Source: a virus
Taxonomy: Duplodnaviria > Caudoviricetes
Reading direction: 5' to 3' (one strand)
Virus record (IMG/VR): IMGVR_UViG_3300008255_000178
Location: 1 to 47,849 of that record
DNA: 47,849 nucleotides
The notes beneath the pieces were generated by a model. That model was not told the DNA's origin, searched no databases, and was given only the letters and a program-made list of their open reading frames with translations. The position numbers were made by a program, and so were the translations under genes. The stretch's first letter is position 1. Each line of letters begins with the position of its first letter. Shown in pieces: positions 16,144 to 25,091 of this stretch.

Positions 16144-16562
16144 CCCGAATCAATCTAGTCCCGCCTGAAGAGCTTATGGATCAGCACTTGTTCGCTGAGT
16201 TCCGTGAGATCAAGATGGTGCCCAAGTCCCTTGCTCGTAGCATTGCGGCACGTGGCGTCGAAGGTGTGCTGAGTCGTATTCCACCAGCATTCACGCTGAA
16301 CACTGGACACGTCAGCTTCTTCTACGATAAGGGTGCCTACTTGGTGGAGCGGTATGCGCTGCTGAGGGCGGAGCTAGAGCGACGTGGCATCAACTTCAAC
16401 CGTGAGTCAGAGCTCGACCCGGACGGAACCATGCTTGCGGCGCCTTGGTGTGGTCACTACACTGCAACTCCGGAAGCGTTGCGTATCATTCGTGAGCGCA
16501 TCGCTGAAAAGATTGCTCTGAAACCGCACTGGTATCGCTATGAAGGGAAACCGATCATATGA
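16140..16562 (+). CDS. denV: Pyrimidine-dimer DNA glycosylase (T4 endonuclease V-like)
   Basis: MTRINLV...LMDQHLFAEFREI (catalytic Thr2/Glu23), FTLNTGHVSFFYDK, KPHWYRY. Confidence 0.92.
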   Translation: MTRINLVPPEELMDQHLFAEFREIKMVPKSLARSIAARGVEGVLSRIPPAFTLNTGHVSFFYDKGAYLVERYALLRAELERRGINFNRESELDPDGTMLAAPWCGHYTATPEALRIIRERIAEKIALKPHWYRYEGKPII

Positions 16563-17218
16563 CGGGCTTTGAGATTGCTCTTACCTGCTTGGCTCTCAAC
16601 GTGTTTAAGGAAGCACGCGGGGAGCCCGTAGCGGGCCAGCACGCCGTCGCATTGGTGACGCTCAATAGGGTATATCAGAGCGGGCTCGATAAAGACGTGT
16701 GTCACGTTGTATTCGAGCGCAAGCAATTCAGCTGGACGATTACGGACAGTGAGGGTGGCGTCCTGCTTCCGCACAAGCGCCCTGACCGCACCAGCAAGGA
16801 ATGGAAGCGTGCGGAGCAGTCTGCACGCGAGGCGCTTTACATGGAAGACTTCACAGGTGGCGCCACTCACTATCACGAAGTCAAGATTGTGCCTTACTGG
16901 TCAGCGTCAATGGAGCGTGTTGGTCGGTGGGGCAATCACTATTTCTACAGGAGCAAGAATGGGAATCAATATCAGGCAGAAGGGTCAGGAGGGCGAGCGC
17001 GAGATTCAGCGTGCCTTGGAGCCCATTATTCGCAAGCTGATGACCGATGGGGGATACCCGCTTCCAGAGAAACCAATCGTCCAGCGCAACCAGAATCAGA
17101 GCGCAGTTGGTGGCAGCGACTTGTCGAATACGTTCGGGCTCGCTATCGAAGTGAAACGCCAGGAACAACTGTCAATCAACACATGGTGGAAGCAGTGCGA
17201 GACCGCTGCAAACGATAA
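16559..17218 (+). CDS. SleB-like cell wall hydrolase with C-terminal extension overlapping the next gene
   Basis: CLALNVFKEARGE...VTLNRV...VCHVV...QFSW...GATHYH...GNHYFY. Confidence 0.85.
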   Translation: MTGFEIALTCLALNVFKEARGEPVAGQHAVALVTLNRVYQSGLDKDVCHVVFERKQFSWTITDSEGGVLLPHKRPDRTSKEWKRAEQSAREALYMEDFTGGATHYHEVKIVPYWSASMERVGRWGNHYFYRSKNGNQYQAEGSGGRARDSACLGAHYSQADDRWGIPASRETNRPAQPESERSWWQRLVEYVRARYRSETPGTTVNQHMVEAVRDRCKR

Positions 17219-17408
17219 CGGTGAGCATCCGGTGCTCCTGTACCGTCAGAACGGGAAGAAGTGGAAGTGTGTCACGCTGGTGTGGCTCCACCTCCCGGGC
17301 GGTATGCAGCAGCAAGCCCGCGCCGAGATGGATTGGGATTCGTTCCTGGAATGGTTCCAGCAATGGGTTCGACAGAAACTGGTGCAGGGTGAAGTTCCGC
17401 GAGTCTGA
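16959..17408 (+). CDS. Holliday junction resolvase-like PD-(D/E)XK nuclease
   Basis: RQKGQEGERE, GGSDL...IEVKRQE, WWKQ; AGGAG RBS before ATG 16959. Confidence 0.8.
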   Translation: MGINIRQKGQEGEREIQRALEPIIRKLMTDGGYPLPEKPIVQRNQNQSAVGGSDLSNTFGLAIEVKRQEQLSINTWWKQCETAANDNGEHPVLLYRQNGKKWKCVTLVWLHLPGGMQQQARAEMDWDSFLEWFQQWVRQKLVQGEVPRV

Positions 17409-17433
17409 GGTCTCTGCTTGTTAGATTGATTCA

Positions 17434-17486
17434 CGCTCCGCTATACTCCGATTGAATTAACATTCTTTCGGAGTATAGCGTGAGCG
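17434..17486 (+). promoter_or_regulatory. Hairpin sequestering the terS RBS/start, with a TATACT -10 box in its 5' arm
   Basis: CGCTATACTCCGA (17439-17451) is the perfect reverse complement of TCGGAGTATAGCG (17468-17480). Confidence 0.65.
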
Positions 17487-17926
17487 AATTAGCTGACACC
17501 CTGACAAAGCAAGAGAAGGCGCTTCGCCAACGCTTTGTCGCGGAATACTTGGCTGACTATGACGCGGTCGGTGCGGCCATTCGCCTTGGCTATCAGGAAG
17601 CATTCGCTCAACAGTACGCCAAGCAATTCCTCACCGAACCATATACGCTGAAGCTCATCAAAGAGAAGGAAGCGGAGTTCGGTATCCTCACCGAAGAAGA
17701 CCAGCATCGCAAGAAGATCGTTGCTGGCTTGTACCGTGAAGCTCACAGCCGGTTCAACAGCGGTGCGGCCCGTGTTGCTGCGCTCACGCAGTTGGCCAAG
17801 ATCATTGGCATCGAGGCTCCGGTAAAGACCGAAGTTAAGGTGACCGACACTGCCCCGGATATGAGCCACCTGACGCTGGAAGAGAAGCTGGCAATCAAGA
17901 AGAAGCTCTATCCCGATGCTCCCTAA
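17480..17926 (+). CDS. terS: Terminase small subunit
   Basis: RFVAEYLADYDAVGAAIRLGY HTH; immediately upstream of terL. Confidence 0.85.
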   Translation: MSELADTLTKQEKALRQRFVAEYLADYDAVGAAIRLGYQEAFAQQYAKQFLTEPYTLKLIKEKEAEFGILTEEDQHRKKIVAGLYREAHSRFNSGAARVAALTQLAKIIGIEAPVKTEVKVTDTAPDMSHLTLEEKLAIKKKLYPDAP

Positions 17927-19322
17927 CCTCATTGACTTCGACCGCGAGATTGCGAAGGACTCATTCGCTGAGTTCGTCAAAATGGCTTGGCCTGTGCTGG
18001 AGCCCGCTTCCGAGCTGAAATGGGGCTGGTCGCTTGACGCGATCTGCGAGCACTTGGAAGCGGTGACGAGCGGGGAGATCAAACGCTTGCTCATGAACGT
18101 GCCTCCCGGCTGCATGAAGTCGCTGCTCACTGGTGTGCTGTGGCCGGCCTGGGAATGGGGGCCACAGGGGTTGCCTGGGAAGCGATACCTCGGCACTGCG
18201 CACAAGCAAGATCTGGCGGTGCGCGACAACCTGAAAGCACGGCGCCTCATTCAGTCCGCATGGTATCAGGAACGCTGGCCCATCAAGCTAACGGGCGACC
18301 AGAACGCTAAGACGAAGTTCGAGAACGACTTCACAGGGTTCCGCGAAGCAATGGCCTTCACGTCCATGACGGGTTCGCGGGGTGACCGCGTTATCCTGGA
18401 CGACCCGTTGTCCGTCGATCATGCGAACAGTGAGGCCGACTTGCGTGCGGCGGAGCTCACCTTCACGGAAGCATTGCCCACGCGGGTGAATAACGACGAG
18501 TCCGCTATTGTGGTCATCATGCAGCGCCTGCATGAAAAGGACACCAGCGGCATCATTATGAAGCGTGAGCTCGGGTATGTGCATCTCTGCCTGCCCATGC
18601 GCTTTGAAGCGGAGCGACGCTGCGCCACTCGCATCGGCTTCGTTGATCCGCGTACCCAAGACGGCGAACTATTGTTCCCCGAACGGTTCCCTGAACACAC
18701 CGTCGTTGATCTGGAAAAGACGCTGGGCAGCTACGCCGCAGCAGGCCAGCTTCAGCAGCGCCCGGCACCACGTGAGGGCGGCATGTTTAAGAGGGCCTGG
18801 TTCCCCGTTGTGCGGGCTGTACCAGCTGGCACGCGCTTCGTGCGGGGTTGGGACTTGGCTGCAACCGAGGGGGCGGGTGACTGGACTGTCGGCGTCAAGA
18901 TTGGGCGTCAAAAGAACGGTAGATTTATCATTGCCAGTGTCGTTCGTGACCGCAAGTCGTCAGCAGGGGTTGAACGCTTGCTGATCAATACCGCGAGCCA
19001 GGACGGGTACGAGTGCAAGATCTCGATTCCGCAAGACCCAGGACAGGCCGGTAAGGCCCAGACGTCATACCTGATTCAGCAGTTGGCGGGATATACTGTG
19101 ACGTCGAGCACGGAAAGTGGCGACAAGGTCACACGCGCTGGCCCGCTGGCTGCACAAGCTGAGGCGGGGAACGTCGATATACTGGAAGGCGACTGGAACG
19201 ACGCATTCTTTGATGAAATTACCATCTTCCCGAATGGAACGAAAGACCAGACCGACGCGGCATCGCGTGCATTCAACGAGCTGGTGATGGGTTGCAAGTT
19301 TGATCTGGAGGCTATGTTATGA
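17916..19322 (+). CDS. terL: Terminase large subunit
   Basis: NVPPGCMKS Walker A, VILDDP Walker B, IMQRLH, GWDLA, KDQTDA nuclease motifs. Confidence 0.95.
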   Translation: MLPNLIDFDREIAKDSFAEFVKMAWPVLEPASELKWGWSLDAICEHLEAVTSGEIKRLLMNVPPGCMKSLLTGVLWPAWEWGPQGLPGKRYLGTAHKQDLAVRDNLKARRLIQSAWYQERWPIKLTGDQNAKTKFENDFTGFREAMAFTSMTGSRGDRVILDDPLSVDHANSEADLRAAELTFTEALPTRVNNDESAIVVIMQRLHEKDTSGIIMKRELGYVHLCLPMRFEAERRCATRIGFVDPRTQDGELLFPERFPEHTVVDLEKTLGSYAAAGQLQQRPAPREGGMFKRAWFPVVRAVPAGTRFVRGWDLAATEGAGDWTVGVKIGRQKNGRFIIASVVRDRKSSAGVERLLINTASQDGYECKISIPQDPGQAGKAQTSYLIQQLAGYTVTSSTESGDKVTRAGPLAAQAEAGNVDILEGDWNDAFFDEITIFPNGTKDQTDAASRAFNELVMGCKFDLEAML

Positions 19323-20656
19323 GCGAACAAACTGAGCAGACGCGGGACGACGGTCCATACGAGAACGTCTTCCTTAACGTCGGCACCAAGGGCGACCGCA
19401 GTGCCTACACGCGAGCAATCACGCCGCGCCTGCTGCAATATACCGAGCTGGAAGGCCTGTACGAAGGGGACGGCTTTGCTCGCCGCATTGTGGATCTGCC
19501 TGCTGAGGAAATGGTGCGAGCAGGGTACGACATTGAAGGCGTCGAAGATGACAGCAATGTCCGCGCAGAGCTGGAGGGTGTGCAAGCCCTTGAGAAGCTG
19601 TGCGACGCGATGCGCTGGGCCAGCCTTTACGGCGGCTCCCTTGTGGTCATGCTGATCAACGATGGTGGCTTGCTGGAAGACCCGCTCAACATCGAGAATT
19701 CCAAGTCGTTGGAACAGTTGCGAGTCTATGACCGCTGGCAGGTTTCGCGTCACAGGAAGTACCTTGACCCGAACGACATGCGCTTCGGCAAGACGGAGCT
19801 CTACATGGTGTCGCCGATCGAGGGGACGCCGTACATCGTTCATGAGACCCGCTGCCTCGTGTTTGATGGCGTGCCCGTACCTGACCGCATCCGCGAACGG
19901 AATGACGGATGGGGCGCCAGCAAGCTGCAACAGTGTTACGACCAGTTGATCCGCTTCGGAATGGGTCACTATTGGGCGAATCAGTTGCTCGAGCGTGCGC
20001 AGCAAGCAATCCACGGCATTCCCGAGCTGACGAACCTGCTGCGCAGCCCGGGCGGGGAAGCACTGGTTAAGAAGCGGGTTGATCTGGTTGATATGACCCG
20101 TTCGATCAACAATACGATCGTCATTGACGCGGCTGAGTCATACGACCTCAAGAGCACTCCGCTTTCGGGCGTTGCCGACATTATGGATCGCCTGGGGCTC
20201 GCTTTGAGCGCGGTGACTGGCATACCCGAGTCCCTGTTATTTGGTCGGCAGCAAGCCGGCTTAAACAGCACGGGAAAGGCTGATCTGGAAAACTGGTACG
20301 CGAAGATCGGTCAAGACCAAGGGAACATCCTTCTGCCTGCGCTGGACAAGCTGGTGACGGTGCAGCTCTACGTGATGGGCAAGTATGTTGAGGATTACTT
20401 GATCAAGTTCAACCCGCTGTCGGTTCCGTCACGCAAGGATGTCGCTGAGACCGATTACAAGCGGGCGCAGACCTTCGAGATCCTAAACAACATTGGGGCG
20501 CTGGACGCGAGCGAGATTCGGAAGATGCTTCCGGACGAGGGTTATGACATCGACAACGTCGAAACCCTGCCCGAGACGGAAGTTGAAGAACCCGCAATGA
20601 CCACACCTCCGCAGGGCGCCCCGAATGGCAACGAAGAAGACATTCAACAACCCTGA
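19319..20656 (+). CDS. Portal protein (DUF1073-type)
   Basis: Follows terL; ARRIVDLPAEEMVR, WASLYGGS, IPESLLFGRQQAGLNSTGKADLENWY. Confidence 0.9.
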   Translation: MSEQTEQTRDDGPYENVFLNVGTKGDRSAYTRAITPRLLQYTELEGLYEGDGFARRIVDLPAEEMVRAGYDIEGVEDDSNVRAELEGVQALEKLCDAMRWASLYGGSLVVMLINDGGLLEDPLNIENSKSLEQLRVYDRWQVSRHRKYLDPNDMRFGKTELYMVSPIEGTPYIVHETRCLVFDGVPVPDRIRERNDGWGASKLQQCYDQLIRFGMGHYWANQLLERAQQAIHGIPELTNLLRSPGGEALVKKRVDLVDMTRSINNTIVIDAAESYDLKSTPLSGVADIMDRLGLALSAVTGIPESLLFGRQQAGLNSTGKADLENWYAKIGQDQGNILLPALDKLVTVQLYVMGKYVEDYLIKFNPLSVPSRKDVAETDYKRAQTFEILNNIGALDASEIRKMLPDEGYDIDNVETLPETEVEEPAMTTPPQGAPNGNEEDIQQP

Positions 20657-21437
20657 CAGTCAGGAGCGAGAATACGTCCGCCTGCTGCTGCGCTACTCCA
20701 GGCAGTTGCAAGCGGACGTGAATCGCGTCCTGCTACCCAGGCTCGACGACGTGATTGTCCAGTATAAGGTGGAAGCACGCGCCGACTCCTGGATTGACAC
20801 GCTCGACGCACTGATGGCGGAGCTTGCACGGCTTGCCTTTGACGCGCTGGGCAGTGTGGTCACTAGACTGCCCGGTCAGTTCAACGCGGTCAGCAAGTTC
20901 AATGAGGGTCAGTTCAAGCTGGTTGTGAAGGCGAACACCGGATTGACGTTGCCCCCTGTGATGCCGGGCGCCCCGTCCTCGTCCTTGCTCGGTGTGAATG
21001 TGTTCCGCAGCGAACCGTTCCTGAAACCTCTTGCGGAAGGATGGGTGAGCGAGAACACGTCACTCATCAAATCATTACCGACACGTCTGCATCCCGAGCT
21101 CGAGGGTATTGTTCGACGTGGGGTAATGAATGGGCAGTCGGTCAAAGACATCAAAGAACAGATTAAGGCTCGCTACGGTGTCACCGACTACCGCGCCAAG
21201 CTGATTGCTCAAGATCAGACTTTGAAGTTGAATGCTGACCTTACCCGCTACCGCTTGCAGAGCGTGGGCGTTGAGCGGTATGTGTGGCGCAGCGTGCAAG
21301 ACAGCCGCGTAAGGCCCGAGCACGCTGACCGCAACGGCAACGAATACTCCTGGAAGGAAGGTGCGGGCGGTTCGCACCCCGGGCAGGAGGTGCGGTGTCG
21401 TTGTCGCGCTGAGGCGGTATGGGGCGAGGAAGATTGA
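20625..21437 (+). CDS. Head morphogenesis/minor capsid protein (SPP1 gp7/Mu F-like)
   Basis: RAKLIAQDQT, YVWRSVQDSRVRPEH, PGQEVRCRC. Confidence 0.9.
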   Translation: MATKKTFNNPDSQEREYVRLLLRYSRQLQADVNRVLLPRLDDVIVQYKVEARADSWIDTLDALMAELARLAFDALGSVVTRLPGQFNAVSKFNEGQFKLVVKANTGLTLPPVMPGAPSSSLLGVNVFRSEPFLKPLAEGWVSENTSLIKSLPTRLHPELEGIVRRGVMNGQSVKDIKEQIKARYGVTDYRAKLIAQDQTLKLNADLTRYRLQSVGVERYVWRSVQDSRVRPEHADRNGNEYSWKEGAGGSHPGQEVRCRCRAEAVWGEED

Positions 21438-21486
21438 TGAATCAATGCCTTTACTTTATGAATCAACCCCGCATATACTCCTGACC

Positions 21487-22581
21487 ATGGAAGCGATCCG
21501 ATACGACCGTACTGAAATCAAAGCCACTCGCACTGACGAGGGGTATTTGATTGACACGCCGATTGTAGGCCGCGTTGGCATTCAGATGTATAAGAACGCT
21601 GACGGCACAATCCGCCGAGAACTGCGACCGCCGGAAGAGGTGTTCAACGCCGATTCGTTGAAGAGCTTTGCAGGTAAGCCCGTCACTGACGAGCATCCCG
21701 GCGAACCTGTTACAGCGAAGAACGCGAAGCGTCTGTCCGTGGGCACCATGCAAGGTGAAGGTCGGCAGGACGGAGACAATGTGGTTGCACCGATCATCGT
21801 CCATGACGGCGAAATGATTGACAAGATTCTGAAGGGCGGCAAGCGCGAGCTGTCGCTCGGTTACAAGGTCGATCTTGAAGAGACGCCTGGTGTGTGGAAC
21901 GGCCAGGAATATGATGCGATCCAGCGTAACATCCGGGTCAATCATCTTGCAATCGTTCCGCGGGGTCGTGCAGGTAATGCCCGCCTCAATCTTGATCGGC
22001 ATGATGCCGTTTCTTTTAACCCTGAAGAGGAAATTAGTATGCCCACTGATAATCTTGGCCGTATTCGGCTGGATAGTGGCCTTGAATATCAGGCCGCTCC
22101 CGAGGTCATTGTCGAGGTTGAAAAACTTCGCAGTGACAAAGCCGATTTGGAAACCCGCGCTGACGCTCTGCAAAAGCAAATCGACACCGTCGCTGCTGAA
22201 CGTGACACCCTGAAATCGCAAGTGGAATCCACCGACAAGGTGCGCTCCGACGCTCTTGCTGTTGCCCGTGCTGAAGTTAAAGCCCGCGCAGAGCTGGACA
22301 AGGTCGCTGAAGTGTTCAAGGTCGATGGCGCTGGCAAGACTGACCGCGAGGTCAAGGAGCTGGTGATCAAGTCCGTGCGTACTGACGCTGACCTGACTGG
22401 CAAGTCGGAAGACTATGTCAATGCAGCGTTCGACATGACGGTGTCCATGAAGAACGACGTCGCGATGGCTGCACAGCGCCAAGCCGGTGCCCCACGTAAC
22501 GACGGCAAGGACGACAAGTCCGAGACCGGCAGTTACAAGGGCTTCATGACTCAACTCGGTAACAACAAGGAGCAGAAATAA
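21487..22581 (+). CDS. Prohead protease/scaffold (DUF2213-type)
   Basis: RPPEEVF...GKPVTDEHP, ELSLGY, NHLAIV.RGRAG; coiled-coil C-terminus. Confidence 0.88.
   Translation: MEAIRYDRTEIKATRTDEGYLIDTPIVGRVGIQMYKNADGTIRRELRPPEEVFNADSLKSFAGKPVTDEHPGEPVTAKNAKRLSVGTMQGEGRQDGDNVVAPIIVHDGEMIDKILKGGKRELSLGYKVDLEETPGVWNGQEYDAIQRNIRVNHLAIVPRGRAGNARLNLDRHDAVSFNPEEEISMPTDNLGRIRLDSGLEYQAAPEVIVEVEKLRSDKADLETRADALQKQIDTVAAERDTLKSQVESTDKVRSDALAVARAEVKARAELDKVAEVFKVDGAGKTDREVKELVIKSVRTDADLTGKSEDYVNAAFDMTVSMKNDVAMAAQRQAGAPRNDGKDDKSETGSYKGFMTQLGNNKEQK
22039..22581 (+). CDS. Putative nested in-frame scaffold protein
   Basis: Internal ATG 22039 with GAGG 8 nt upstream, at the protease/coiled-coil boundary. Confidence 0.5.
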   Translation: MPTDNLGRIRLDSGLEYQAAPEVIVEVEKLRSDKADLETRADALQKQIDTVAAERDTLKSQVESTDKVRSDALAVARAEVKARAELDKVAEVFKVDGAGKTDREVKELVIKSVRTDADLTGKSEDYVNAAFDMTVSMKNDVAMAAQRQAGAPRNDGKDDKSETGSYKGFMTQLGNNKEQK

Positions 22582-23033
22582 TGCAAACTTCAATCAGCCA
22601 ATACGGCGCACCCGCCTTCAAGGGTATGCTTGACGGCATCGGCCCGCGCAACGTGCGCAGCTACGCCGCGGAAGAAGCCATCCCGGTCGCGTACCCTGTC
22701 AAGCTGGGTACCGACAAGGAAAAGGAAGTTCTCAAGGCCACCGCTGGCGCTGGTGTGGTCGGTTTCGCCCTGCATGACCACGCACGCGAACAAACTTCCG
22801 CCGGCGTTGTACAGTACAACGCGCTCGAGACCGTCAGCGTCCTGACTCAGGGTCGCATGTGGGTCGAGACGACGGATGCGGTCGTTGCTGGTGCCACTGC
22901 CAACCTGACCGTCGCAACCGGCAAGCTGACCGACGAAGCCGTCGCAGCGGGCATCGAAGCCTTCACGCAAATCAGCGTGAAGTTTATCACTGGCACGACC
23001 GCTGCTGGTCTGGCCCTCGTGGAGATCAAGTAA
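22581..23033 (+). CDS. Head decoration/cement protein
   Basis: 150 aa, between protease and capsid; VSVLTQGRMWVE motif. Confidence 0.75.
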   Translation: MQTSISQYGAPAFKGMLDGIGPRNVRSYAAEEAIPVAYPVKLGTDKEKEVLKATAGAGVVGFALHDHAREQTSAGVVQYNALETVSVLTQGRMWVETTDAVVAGATANLTVATGKLTDEAVAAGIEAFTQISVKFITGTTAAGLALVEIK

Positions 23034-23034
23034 C

Positions 23035-24000
23035 ATGAACAAAGATCAGATGAAGTACGACGAAGCTGACCTCCGCGTCATCCAGAACACCGGCCGCTTC
23101 GATGCGAACGAAAGCGTGTTCTTCGCACGCCAGCTGGAGTTCGTCAAGTCCCAGACCTATGACATCAAGCGGGTCGCTCTTAGCGCCCTGACCCTGATGC
23201 CGGTCTCGACCGCGATTCCGGAAGGCGCCACGACCCACACTTATCGCCAGTACGACACCGTCGGCATGGCGAAGGTGATTGCGAACTACGCCAACGACCT
23301 GCCCCGCGCTGACGTGACCGGCAAGGAATTCACCAACCCGATCCGTTCGATCGGTAACGCCTACGGCTACAACGTGCAGGAAGTGCGTTCGGCCATGTAC
23401 GCTGGTGTCAATCTGAACGGCAAGAAGGCGATGGCCGCAACCCGCGCCCATCAGGAAAAGATCAATCAGCTGGCCTTCTCGGGCGACGCTGACAACGGTC
23501 TGCCGGGTCTGCTGACGAACACCAACATCCCGGAAGTCACCCTGGCAGCTGACGGCACTGGTTCGGCCAAGACCTTCGCCAGCAAGACTGCTGACAAGAT
23601 CGTTCGGGACATCAACTCCCTGATCAACAAGGTGATCACGCAGTCCAAGGGCATTCACCGCGTCAATCAGGTGTGGTTGCCGATCGAGCAGTACGCGCTG
23701 ATTGCTACCACGCAGAACAGCTCTGCCAGCGACACGACCATCCTGGAGTTCTTGCAGAAGAACCATCCGGGCGTCGAGTTCAAGCAGGTTGTCGAAATGG
23801 ACGGCGCTGGTGCAAGCGGTGCGGACCGCATGTACGCCATGGAAAACTCCATGGAAAACTGGCAGCTTGAAATTCCGATGATGATCAAGCAGTACAGCCC
23901 GCAGCAGAAAGGCCTGGAGTTCGAAGTGCCGGTCGAGAGCCGCTTCGCTGGTGTGATCATTGAGTATCCGCTGGCCTTTGCGTTCGCAGACGGCATCTAA
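23035..24000 (+). CDS. Major capsid protein (DUF2184-type HK97 fold)
   Basis: Position, size, strongly biased codons; FFARQLEFV, GLPGLLTNTN. Confidence 0.92.
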   Translation: MNKDQMKYDEADLRVIQNTGRFDANESVFFARQLEFVKSQTYDIKRVALSALTLMPVSTAIPEGATTHTYRQYDTVGMAKVIANYANDLPRADVTGKEFTNPIRSIGNAYGYNVQEVRSAMYAGVNLNGKKAMAATRAHQEKINQLAFSGDADNGLPGLLTNTNIPEVTLAADGTGSAKTFASKTADKIVRDINSLINKVITQSKGIHRVNQVWLPIEQYALIATTQNSSASDTTILEFLQKNHPGVEFKQVVEMDGAGASGADRMYAMENSMENWQLEIPMMIKQYSPQQKGLEFEVPVESRFAGVIIEYPLAFAFADGI

Positions 24001-24004
24001 GTAA

Positions 24005-24036
24005 AATAGAGGGGCTGGTTCGCCAGTCCCTCTATT
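24005..24036 (+). terminator. Stem-loop after the capsid gene (likely terminator)
   Basis: AATAGAGGGGCTGG-TTCG-CCAGTCCCTCTATT. Confidence 0.7.
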
Positions 24037-24053
24037 AACTTCAGGAGAAAGAA

Positions 24054-24272
24054 ATGAAAGTCAAAAACGTATCTGCACGACTGCATCACGTCGGCAATGT
24101 TTCCATCGCCCCCGGCGAGGAAAAGGACATCCCGAAAGGCTTCGAGAGCGCCATCAACAAGGACGAACTCGTTGAAGTGAAGGTTGCTGCTCCTGCACCG
24201 GCTGCGAAACCCGTCGCACCGAAGCCGGCCGCTCCTGTGCCCCCCGCTGCTCCTGCACCGGCTGCGCAGTAA
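24054..24272 (+). CDS. Small virion-associated protein with Pro/Ala tail
   Basis: AGGAG RBS, typical post-capsid position. Confidence 0.7.
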   Translation: MKVKNVSARLHHVGNVSIAPGEEKDIPKGFESAINKDELVEVKVAAPAPAAKPVAPKPAAPVPPAAPAPAAQ

Positions 24273-24631
24273 TGACTGAGCTCGAGTATTTCCGGCTTCT
24301 GGCGCCAGAGTTTGCCAGCGTCGCTGACGCAACGGTGGAGCAATGGCTGTCAGTTGCTGGAAACCTTGCGAACACTGGTTGCCTGGATACCGAGCGTGCG
24401 GCGATGGCGCGGGCGCTGTACGCGGCGCACATGCTTTCTCTTACCACACGCTCGGGCCAAGGTGGCGCCGCGGCCCTGGGGGCCGTTACAAGCGAGAAGG
24501 AGGGGGATCTGCAACGTAGCTATGGCGGCGTGAAAGGTGGCGACACCTACATGGGCCAGACTTCCTACGGTCAGCAGTACCTCGACATCACGAAGGCGTG
24601 TTTCGGTGCAGCAATCATGACTCGAGTGTGA
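24272..24631 (+). CDS. Head-tail adaptor (DUF4054-like)
   Basis: FR..APEFA, LYAAHML, VTSEKEGDL..SY, TSYGQQY. Confidence 0.8.
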   Translation: MTELEYFRLLAPEFASVADATVEQWLSVAGNLANTGCLDTERAAMARALYAAHMLSLTTRSGQGGAAALGAVTSEKEGDLQRSYGGVKGGDTYMGQTSYGQQYLDITKACFGAAIMTRV

Positions 24632-24632
24632 C

Positions 24633-25091
24633 ATGGCGAACGTCAAGGACATCGACCGGGGCTGGAACAACATCGTTCGCGAGCTTGAAAAAGCGAAGCA
24701 GATGGAAGTCGCGGTCGGTATCCTTGAAGGTTCCCAGAACGAAGGCACCAGCATCGCTGAATATGCGTCGTACAACGAGTTCGGAACTGATGACGTTCCC
24801 TCCCGACCGTTCATGGCGATGTCCTTCGATGAGAACCTTGCGGAGATCAACGCTGACTTCAAACGTCAAGGGGATCAGATGGTACAAGGCAAGAAAACTG
24901 CGAACGCTGCACTGACCGTGATCGGGCAGAAGCACGCTGGGCGCATCCAAGCAACGATCACCGGGCGCGACATCCTGCCCCGCCTTGCTGAAAGCACTGT
25001 CAAGGCGAAAAAGGGTTCAACGAAGACGCTGGTTGATAGCGGCGCAATGGCGAACGCTGTGCAGATCAGCATTCGTGGGAGGCAGACGTGA
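24633..25091 (+). CDS. Neck/tail completion protein
   Basis: YNEFGT..VPSRPFM, STVKAKKGSTKTLVDSG. Confidence 0.8.
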   Translation: MANVKDIDRGWNNIVRELEKAKQMEVAVGILEGSQNEGTSIAEYASYNEFGTDDVPSRPFMAMSFDENLAEINADFKRQGDQMVQGKKTANAALTVIGQKHAGRIQATITGRDILPRLAESTVKAKKGSTKTLVDSGAMANAVQISIRGRQT

